Assembly (NCBI GenBank): GCA_048887225.1
Contig: JBHLJY010000004.1
Span: 128,001 to 192,000, forward strand
DNA: 64,000 nucleotides
Reading direction: 5' to 3'
From: Candidatus Hodarchaeota archaeon
GTDB taxonomy: Archaea > Asgardarchaeota > Lokiarchaeia > Sigyniarchaeales > SOKP01
Under the pieces are notes generated by a model that saw nothing but the letters and a program-made list of their open reading frames with translations, ran no database searches and was not told the DNA's origin. Positions 49,269 through 56,634 of the stretch are shown in pieces (within the stretch, counting starts at the first letter, position 1; the number at the start of each line of letters is the position of its first letter). The position numbers and the translations under genes are program-made.

Positions 49269-50354
49269 TTAAGCTATTTTTTTTCTTAACTGAGAGATCT
49301 CTAATCTCTGTTGTTCGTTTTGTTTTTCTAAATCTTCTACTAAATTTTTAAGTTCTCTCACTCTCAAAGCTAAGTTAATGTCATCTTCGGCAACTATTTG
49401 AACTTGACTGATACCACTCTCTATTTCTCCTTTCACTTGTGCCTTCTCGGTGTTATATTCTTTAAGCTGTTCTTGAAGATTTTGAATTTGTTTTTTTGCA
49501 GTGTTCAATTTACGCTGTAATTCCTCTGATAATGCCTTAAAAGTATCTTCAGAAGATTTAATCTCTTCTCTTGGGGGTATTCTTTCTTTAGTAGCTTCTA
49601 AAATAGAAGTAGATTTTTTTAAATCTTGAATTTCGAGATTCTTATTGTTTAATTCTACTCTCAAATCGTCAATCTTTTTCTGTAAGTGGGCGGTCGAACG
49701 TTCACCTTTTTTCTTACCTTCCTTGGTTTGGTACTTATCACCTATACTTTTTAACTTTTTTACTTTCTTCTCACTCGTGGAGCTTTTTAATTTTTTTTGA
49801 AGTCTTTTTATCTCTTTTGACAAATCTTCGTTTTTAATTCTTGCATTTGACTTAGTATGTTCTAATTCTTTTCTTAAATCAGCGATTTTTGAATTTAACT
49901 CATTAATTTCTTCCTTTTTGCTTTCTTCTTTTAGCTTATCTATTAAATTTTGTTGTTTGTTAATTTTTAACGTTAATTCCTTTACTAAAGCCTCTAGTGG
50001 TTCTTTTTTCTCCTCAATTCTTATTACTGTACTTTCATTATTTTTTTTCGTATGTTTTTCAAGTTCTTGTTGAAATTGTATCTTTTCTTTTCTTAAAAAA
50101 CCCATTTTATCCTTTAAATCTCTAATCTGTTTTTCTTTTTCTTCGAGTTCAATAGCTAATTTAGAATCCCCTTTTACTTTTTTCCCTTTCTTTTTTGAGT
50201 CTTTTATACCACTATCTGGTATTAAGGCCTCCAATTTCATAATAGTATCTTCTAATTGCTCGATTTTTTGGAGATATCCTATAATTTCTCTGTCTTTGGA
50301 TTCCAATTGATGTTCTAATTCGCTTAATTTATCTATTAAAGCATCTTCAGTCAT
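49269..50354 (-). CDS. long coiled-coil protein
   Basis: Heptad K/E/L/I-rich along the whole length with Lys-rich linkers. Confidence 0.75.
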   Translation of the reverse strand: MTEDALIDKLSELEHQLESKDREIIGYLQKIEQLEDTIMKLEALIPDSGIKDSKKKGKKVKGDSKLAIELEEKEKQIRDLKDKMGFLRKEKIQFQQELEKHTKKNNESTVIRIEEKKEPLEALVKELTLKINKQQNLIDKLKEESKKEEINELNSKIADLRKELEHTKSNARIKNEDLSKEIKRLQKKLKSSTSEKKVKKLKSIGDKYQTKEGKKKGERSTAHLQKKIDDLRVELNNKNLEIQDLKKSTSILEATKERIPPREEIKSSEDTFKALSEELQRKLNTAKKQIQNLQEQLKEYNTEKAQVKGEIESGISQVQIVAEDDINLALRVRELKNLVEDLEKQNEQQRLEISQLRKKIA

Positions 50355-50480
50355 CTTTGAATCTCATTTTTTAATTGAATTTTTTTTTTATATTTTGCAT
50401 TTAAAACATTTTCATAATTAAATATTAAGTCTTTAATTATAAATTATCAGATCCTCCTTCTTAGTAATAGTTTTATTCTA

Positions 50481-52427
50481 TTAATATATATCGAAATCTT
50501 TGATGGAAAATTTTTCAATCTTCTTCATAATAGGGATTAAACTTAGATAATTTAAAAGAACCATTGCACTAAAAAGAATAGAAATTCCAACAAAAGGAAC
50601 ATATAACGGGGGTAAGTACGCACGATCAATTAAAAATATTGAGTTTATAATCATTCCTAATCCTAAACTTAGTAAAAGAGACGGGATAATAACAAATAAA
50701 GCTTCTAAAAATAAGACTCTCTTCAAAGATTTTTTCTTAGCACCGACAGCCCTCATTATTAAGAAGTCTTTTGCTTTTTCTAATAACCCTGCTTTTTGAT
50801 AATTATATAGTGTAAGTATGGAAATTACTCCCATAACAATTATTAAAATTATAGGGTATAATGTCAAATTTGAAAGATAAGTTAGATTTTCTTCAAAAAT
50901 AGGATCCAACAATAGACATGTAAAATCATTTCCTAATTTTCCTTCTATAATTTCTTCAAGTTCTTCTTCTATATCTTCATAGGAACCACTCTCGAGTTTC
51001 ATTAAAACGATATTAATCTCATTATTAGTAAAATTCAATTCTTCTCGAAATATATCTAAGCCTATATATCCAACATTTCCACTGTAAAAACTATCTATTA
51101 TGACGCCTGAAATGTGAAATCTATGTCCTAAATCTTTGATTCTCAAACTCTGATCAAGAGCATAATCGAAAAAATTATAGGCTAATCCATCTCCAATGGT
51201 CATATTATCATATGAGTCGTCATCATCGAAAAATCTCCCTTCAATTTCAAAATCTTGGATCTTATCGTCTGGATTTACTCCAATAATAGGATAATTTCCT
51301 TTTCTTCCTTGACCCACAGTTTGATATCCCCCTCTACCCTCCTCTTCTCCATAATAATAATGATATCCATCTAACTCTTCGACATCGCAGAATTTTATCA
51401 AGCGCGGGTCTACTTCTTCGATTTCGTCTATTGAATTAATTTCTACAATATCGCTAAGGTTAAATAAATATTTTGGTTCCATAAAATCTATATCGTCTTC
51501 ATCGACAGAAACTGAAGGATCTGAAAACATTTTATACATATCCGCGTAAGAATCAACAGCTTCTTCGTGGCCTATTACGACAATATTGTCCTCTTGAGAT
51601 TTTTTTATCCACTCTTGTGAAGAAGTATTTAACACAATAGTTCCCAATCCCAATGTAAAAATAATAAGGAAGATAAAGGAAAAGATAAATAGAAATCTAA
51701 AAAATTCACCTTTTCTTCTGATTGTATTTATAATCGCAATTTTTAAATTAAAACCTAAATTCGAAAGCCATCTTGGAATCAATATTAATTTTTTTGAAGC
51801 GTCATAATTGTAGGGGATCTCTTTTGAAAATGTTTTTGTAATTTTCTGGTTTCCTATTTTTCTTAGGGCAAAACCAGATATAAAAAAAATGCCAAGTAAA
51901 CATGAAAAAAACAAAATTAATGTATAAAACAAATCAATATAAAACAGAATTTTTAATCCTACCAAGAGCATAACAAGAGCAAATATACCGTACGCAACCA
52001 AACCAAGAATTAATCCTAGTACAAATCCCAACAAGTAAATGATATACGCTTCGAGAAGATAAAAACTATATAATCTATTAGGCAGCGTTCCTAATGCTTT
52101 CATTATAGCAATATCTCTTTTTTTACTAATAATTAAAGAAGTAGTGATTGCTACGACAACTATGAAAGCAAGAAAAAGAACTAATACTAGAATTAATGTA
52201 TTAAACTGAGAATAGATTGAATTAATAGCTCCCGAAAAATAAAGATCATTACTATTTAAATCGTCTTCGATTGTAGTAAAACTTTGGATAATCAGGTTTA
52301 AGCCTAATGAAGATGAAAAATAAATCATAAATATTGCCAAAGAAATTACCAAAGCTATTGTTAAAACATATGGATATGTTTGAGATTTCTTTCTCATAAA
52401 ATCCTTTATTGCGAAATCTAAAGACAT
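50481..52427 (-). CDS. FtsX/MacB-like ABC permease (two permease repeats)
   Basis: KKRDIAIMKALG and KDFLIMRAVGA...LFLEA repeats; large extracytoplasmic loop. Confidence 0.88.
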   Translation of the reverse strand: MSLDFAIKDFMRKKSQTYPYVLTIALVISLAIFMIYFSSSLGLNLIIQSFTTIEDDLNSNDLYFSGAINSIYSQFNTLILVLVLFLAFIVVVAITTSLIISKKRDIAIMKALGTLPNRLYSFYLLEAYIIYLLGFVLGLILGLVAYGIFALVMLLVGLKILFYIDLFYTLILFFSCLLGIFFISGFALRKIGNQKITKTFSKEIPYNYDASKKLILIPRWLSNLGFNLKIAIINTIRRKGEFFRFLFIFSFIFLIIFTLGLGTIVLNTSSQEWIKKSQEDNIVVIGHEEAVDSYADMYKMFSDPSVSVDEDDIDFMEPKYLFNLSDIVEINSIDEIEEVDPRLIKFCDVEELDGYHYYYGEEEGRGGYQTVGQGRKGNYPIIGVNPDDKIQDFEIEGRFFDDDDSYDNMTIGDGLAYNFFDYALDQSLRIKDLGHRFHISGVIIDSFYSGNVGYIGLDIFREELNFTNNEINIVLMKLESGSYEDIEEELEEIIEGKLGNDFTCLLLDPIFEENLTYLSNLTLYPIILIIVMGVISILTLYNYQKAGLLEKAKDFLIMRAVGAKKKSLKRVLFLEALFVIIPSLLLSLGLGMIINSIFLIDRAYLPPLYVPFVGISILFSAMVLLNYLSLIPIMKKIEKFSIKDFDIY

Positions 52428-52448
52428 ATCTATTTTACCTCACACAAT

Positions 52449-53234
52449 TTACCTATTAATTGTAGAATTCACTTCTTTTATTATCCTTCCATCATCAAAA
52501 GTAATAACCCGATCTGCTAAATCAATTAATTTATCATCATGAGTAGCCAGAATTATTGTTTTTCTGAGATCTTTAAGATCTTTAAATAAATCTCTTATGA
52601 ATTCGCTCGTTTTTTTATCTAAATTTGCTGTGATTTCATCTCCAAATATTACAGGTGGATCATTAGCTAATGCCCGTGCAATTGCTACACGTTGTTGTTC
52701 TCCAGCTGAAAGTTGAAAGGGTAAATGTTCTCTTCGCTCATCTAAACTAACTTTCTTTAATAAATTTACGGCTCGTTTTCTTGCCTCTTTAAATGGTACT
52801 CCTGCAGTCCTTAAAATAAAAAGTATGTTTTCTTCTGCCGTCAAAGTCGAGATGAGATTATAATTTTGAAAAATAAATCCTGAATTGATTAATCTAAAAG
52901 TTGCTAGTGCTTCTTCTTCCAAATTACTAATTTTGATCCCATGAGCATATATAATTCCTTTGTTTGGAGAATCTAATCCACTAAGTAAATTTAATAGCGT
53001 GGTTTTTCCGGCTCCAGAAGGTCCTTTTATTACAACAAATTCTCCTTCCTCAATCTTTAAAGATACACCATCAACAGCTCTAACAATAAAATCTCCTATC
53101 TCGTAATCTTTAACCAAGTTTTCAGCAAAAATTATTACATTATCTTTTAATATCTCTATGATTTTATCTGCTTCAATATCTTCTTCTATTGATTCGTCAT
53201 CTTCAGTCTTCTTCAGCGAATCTTTCTTAGACAC
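52449..53234 (-). CDS. LolD/MacB-like ABC ATPase
   Basis: GPSGAGKTT, GFIFQNYNLI, LSAGEQQRVAIARAL, DEITANLD, ATHD. Confidence 0.93.
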   Translation of the reverse strand: MSKKDSLKKTEDDESIEEDIEADKIIEILKDNVIIFAENLVKDYEIGDFIVRAVDGVSLKIEEGEFVVIKGPSGAGKTTLLNLLSGLDSPNKGIIYAHGIKISNLEEEALATFRLINSGFIFQNYNLISTLTAEENILFILRTAGVPFKEARKRAVNLLKKVSLDERREHLPFQLSAGEQQRVAIARALANDPPVIFGDEITANLDKKTSEFIRDLFKDLKDLRKTIILATHDDKLIDLADRVITFDDGRIIKEVNSTINR

Positions 53235-53368
53235 AATTTATACAATTTTTTTAAGATTTTATCTCTTATGCATTTTTTAAGAGGTTTTAAATTCGGTTTT
53301 TTAAGGTTAGAATTATTGCTTTATGTAATAATTGCTTTATTAAAGAAAGATAAAATTTCAACGTTCGA

Positions 53369-53385
53369 GAAAATAGATTTAAATA
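53369..53385 (+). promoter_or_regulatory. BRE/TATA promoter of the candidate ncRNA
   Basis: GAAAATAGA-TTTAAATA ends 24 nt before the first base of the closing stem (53410). Confidence 0.5.
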
Positions 53386-53409
53386 TCATCTTGTTTTAAT
53401 AATTTATTA

Positions 53410-53538
53410 GAGGGAATTCGTGAGACGAGCAAAATATAATATCCCCTAATTTCCTAATATTTTAAATGGTAACTAAATTTTATCCCAAATCTAAAGCCAC
53501 AATTGTTAGTTTTAGATTAAGCTTCTCCCGGATCCCTC
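53410..53538 (+). ncRNA. candidate structured small RNA (closing stem + three hairpins)
   Basis: GAGGGAATTCGTGAGACGAGC (53410-30) pairs with GCTTCTCCCGGATCCCTC (53521-38). Internal hairpins: AAAATAT/ATATTTT, TGG..TAA/TTA..CCA, AATCTAAAGC/GTTTTAGATT. G-U pairs are valid only on the + strand. GC-rich ends in an AT-rich spacer. Confidence 0.55.
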
Positions 53539-53544
53539 AATCTC

Positions 53545-53551
53545 TTTTTTT
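53545..53551 (+). terminator. oligo-T tract after the candidate ncRNA
   Basis: T7 run 6 nt after the closing stem. Confidence 0.4.
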
Positions 53552-53709
53552 CAAAAGCTACAAAATAAAAAATATATCAAGTTACACTTAGAGGCACTAT
53601 ATTTTACGTGATTTATAAATTATAAAAGTCTTTTTAAGCTTGTTTTATAGTAATTTTCCAATTAGCGATTATTTTCACTAAATTATAAGAATAACATTTT
53701 TCTTTTAGA

Positions 53710-53723
53710 GAAAAGATTTATAT
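53710..53723 (+). promoter_or_regulatory. BRE/TATA promoter of the tusA-dsrE-iscS-iscU cluster
   Basis: GAAAAGATTTATAT, canonical archaeal arrangement. Confidence 0.55.
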
Positions 53724-53800
53724 CACAATATTAAATTTAATAAAAGATATCCTTTCTAATTAACGAAATCATTAAGATTTCTTATTAATAGAAAAAGAGG

Positions 53801-54064
53801 TTGAAAAAATTGAGTGAAAAGGAAAATAACGAATTTGAAATTGATAAGGAATTAGATACAACCGGATTATATTGTCCAGAACCCTTGTTTGAAGTACGAA
53901 ATCTATCTGAAACTCTTGAAATTGGCCAGTGTTTTAAAATAATTGCTGATGATCCGGCCGCTGAAGAAGATTTATCGAGGTGGGCTAAAAGAACTGGCAC
54001 AGAAATTCTCGATTTTAGAAAGGAGGATAATATTTTAACATTTATTTTTAAGAAAAACAAATGA
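53801..54064 (+). CDS. tusA: TusA/SirA sulfur carrier
   Basis: LDTTGLYCPEP, ADDPAA.EDL.RWA. Confidence 0.9.
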   Translation: MKKLSEKENNEFEIDKELDTTGLYCPEPLFEVRNLSETLEIGQCFKIIADDPAAEEDLSRWAKRTGTEILDFRKEDNILTFIFKKNK

Positions 54065-54081
54065 AAAAAGGGTGATGTGAA

Positions 54082-54438
54082 ATGGGAAAAAGTATATTAT
54101 ATGTACAAACAAGTGATAATCCTGAACGCCAGTATTCCCCCTTAGTGTTAGCGCAAACAGCGAAAGCTATGGATATTGATGCAACAGTTTATTATTTGGG
54201 GGCAGGCTTAAGAATATTAAAACCAGGCGAAGCTGAAAGAATAAAGCTAGGCGATTTTCCATCTGTTAAAGAAATGATTGATAAGACCTTAGAAGCGGGG
54301 GTTGAAATTTTAGTTTGTGAAGCTTCAAAAAGAATGTTAGGATGGGAGAAAGTTGAACTAATTCCAGGTGTAAAAATTGTAGGAGCAGCTACTCTAAACG
54401 ATTTAGTATTGGAGCATGATGCAACCCAATGGTTTTAA
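54082..54438 (+). CDS. DsrE/DsrF-like sulfur relay protein
   Basis: LA.TA.AMD...VYYLG.G, GV.ILVC..S, ELIPGV.IVGAA; SD GGGTGA. Confidence 0.85.
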   Translation: MGKSILYVQTSDNPERQYSPLVLAQTAKAMDIDATVYYLGAGLRILKPGEAERIKLGDFPSVKEMIDKTLEAGVEILVCEASKRMLGWEKVELIPGVKIVGAATLNDLVLEHDATQWF

Positions 54439-54498
54439 CAAAATTTTTTTTATTTATTTATATTAAAATAATTGATTTAATGAAAGAAGGATGAAACA

Positions 54499-55689
54499 AT
54501 GAGCATCTATTTAGATTATCAGGCTGCGAAACCCATAGATGATAGAGTTTTATCAGAGATGTTACCGTATTTTAAACAAAAATTCGCAAATCCTTCTTCT
54601 TTACACAATGATGGTGATATTGCAACCGATATTTTAGATATATCACGTAAAAAGGTTGCTAAATTTATTAATGCACCGAACGCATCTGATATCATTTTTA
54701 CTGCGAGTGCCACAGAATCAAATAATCTAGCTCTTATCGGTGCTTCAATGAATCGGAAAAACAAAGGAAATCATATCATTATTTCTGAAACTGAGCATAT
54801 TTCAATATTGAACTTAGCAAAATATTTAGAAAGACAAGGATTTGAAATTAGTAGAGTTCCTGTGGATCAATATGGAATCATAAGACTTGATAAATTAGAA
54901 CGCTTAATTAAAGATAAAACCATTTTAATATCAATCGCTTCGGCTAGCAACGAAGTAGGTTCTCTTCAACCATTAAAAGAAATAAGTGAAATCGCTTCTG
55001 ATAAAAAAATTTTATTTCATACTGACGCCGTAGCTAGCGAATCTACTATTCCGATTGATGTTCAGAGGATTCCAATTGATTTAATTACATTATCTTCAAA
55101 TGACATTTACGGCCCTAGAGGTGTAGGTGCCCTATACTTGAAAAAAGGAGTTCGAGTAAATCCAGTAATAATAGGTGGAGGTCAAGAAAGGGGTATTAGA
55201 TCAGGTTCTGAAAATATACCAGGAATAGTAGGTTTTGCTAAAGCAGCTGAGATTATGATGGAGGAAATGGAGATTGAGGCAGAACGCCTTAAAAAATTGA
55301 GAGACAAAATTATAAAAGAAATATTAGAAACGATTCCAAAATCTTATTTAAATGGACATCCCGAAAAAAGACTTCCAAATAACGTACATTTTAGATTTGA
55401 TTATATTGAGGGAGAGTCCTTAATACTCGGTTTAAAAGACGAAAATATTGCGGCTGCGACAGGTTCTGCGTGTACTTCAAAAACATTAGAACCTTCTCAC
55501 ACATTAATAGCAATGGGTTTGTTGCATAAAGAAGCTCACGGAAGTTTATTACTTTCATTGGGACGATTCACAAAAAACTCAGATGTCAATAAAGTCATAG
55601 AAGTTTTACCTGGAGTTGTCAAAAGATTAAGGATTATATCACCACTAACACCTCCTGATTTATTAGAACAATATAATGAGGTGAAATAA
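54499..55689 (+). CDS. iscS: cysteine desulfurase, class I
   Basis: IYLDYQA, FANPSS.H, TASATESNN, EH.S, HTDAV, GGGQERG.RSGSEN, ATGSACTS. The usual SxHK PLP-lysine motif reads SSNDIYGPRG. Confidence 0.9.
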   Translation: MSIYLDYQAAKPIDDRVLSEMLPYFKQKFANPSSLHNDGDIATDILDISRKKVAKFINAPNASDIIFTASATESNNLALIGASMNRKNKGNHIIISETEHISILNLAKYLERQGFEISRVPVDQYGIIRLDKLERLIKDKTILISIASASNEVGSLQPLKEISEIASDKKILFHTDAVASESTIPIDVQRIPIDLITLSSNDIYGPRGVGALYLKKGVRVNPVIIGGGQERGIRSGSENIPGIVGFAKAAEIMMEEMEIEAERLKKLRDKIIKEILETIPKSYLNGHPEKRLPNNVHFRFDYIEGESLILGLKDENIAAATGSACTSKTLEPSHTLIAMGLLHKEAHGSLLLSLGRFTKNSDVNKVIEVLPGVVKRLRIISPLTPPDLLEQYNEVK

Positions 55690-55694
55690 TATCA

Positions 55695-56498
55695 ATGAAA
55701 TCTACAAATTATAGTGAAAAAGTTCTGGATCATTTTAGAAATCCTAGAAATATGGGTGAAATTGAAAATCCAGATGGTTTCGGTCGCGTTGGAAATCCTG
55801 TTTGCGGTGATCTAATGTTTATGTATATAAAAGTAGGAAAAAATGAGAATGATGAAGAAATTATTGATGAGATCAAATTTAAAACATTTGGATGTGGTTC
55901 AGCAGTGGCAACATCATCAATGATTACTGAGATGGCAAAAGGTAAAACACTTGATGAGGCTTTTAAAATAACAAGACAGGATGTGGCAGATGAACTAGAA
56001 GGCCTGCCACCTATCAAAATGCATTGTTCCAATTTAGCTGCTGATGCATTACAGGCTGCCATCCGAAATTATCGTGAAGGGACAGAACCAGAGGTTAGTG
56101 TAGCAACATCATGTCAAATAGAGATAGAAGTTATTCTCGGATTTGATAAATTTTTAGGAAAAGGAGTTTATAAACAAAAACCTGATAATTTGGAAGAATT
56201 AAGAGATAAAAGAATATTAATCATAGATTCTGGTGATGATTCTTTAGAACTTGCTATGAACTTAAGTAAATATACAGGAAGAGTTATCCTGGTTACTTCT
56301 TCTAAAGAGGTTCCTGGAAGAGATCAGTTGGCGAAAGATATAAAAAAGTCCGATGTAAAAATATTGTTTCAATCTGAGCTGATTGAAATTAAAGGAGAGT
56401 TAGATGAGGTCGAAAAAGTAGTAATTCATGATTTTGATGAGGATGAGAATTATGAATTATTCGTGGATGTTGTAATCCATTTAGATTATAGAGGTTAG
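55695..56498 (+). CDS. iscU: IscU/NifU-N scaffold fused to a degenerate TrxB-type NAD(P)-binding domain
   Basis: YSEKVLDHF.NPRN.G, GNPVCGD, FGCGSA, LPPIKMHCS; C-terminal FLGKGV...LRDKRILIIDSGDDSLELA..LSK...V.LV...EIKG...VEKV......VD.V. Confidence 0.9.
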   Translation: MKSTNYSEKVLDHFRNPRNMGEIENPDGFGRVGNPVCGDLMFMYIKVGKNENDEEIIDEIKFKTFGCGSAVATSSMITEMAKGKTLDEAFKITRQDVADELEGLPPIKMHCSNLAADALQAAIRNYREGTEPEVSVATSCQIEIEVILGFDKFLGKGVYKQKPDNLEELRDKRILIIDSGDDSLELAMNLSKYTGRVILVTSSKEVPGRDQLAKDIKKSDVKILFQSELIEIKGELDEVEKVVIHDFDEDENYELFVDVVIHLDYRG

Positions 56499-56634
56499 GC
56501 GTCCAAATTTTCTTTTTTTATATTTCAATTAGACCTATAACTTTTTTTATTAAAAGTCTATATTTAACCTTTAATTTACAAATAATTAATCACTCTATTT
56601 TATATAATTAATAATTATTCATTAGGATGAAATT

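Noticed and set aside
53410-53538. Interpretation of the structured element as tRNA, 5S rRNA, SECIS or a known riboswitch
   Set aside because: No TTC T-loop or D-loop GG, no 5S motifs, not in a 3' UTR, and no recognisable aptamer core. Kept as an unknown ncRNA candidate.
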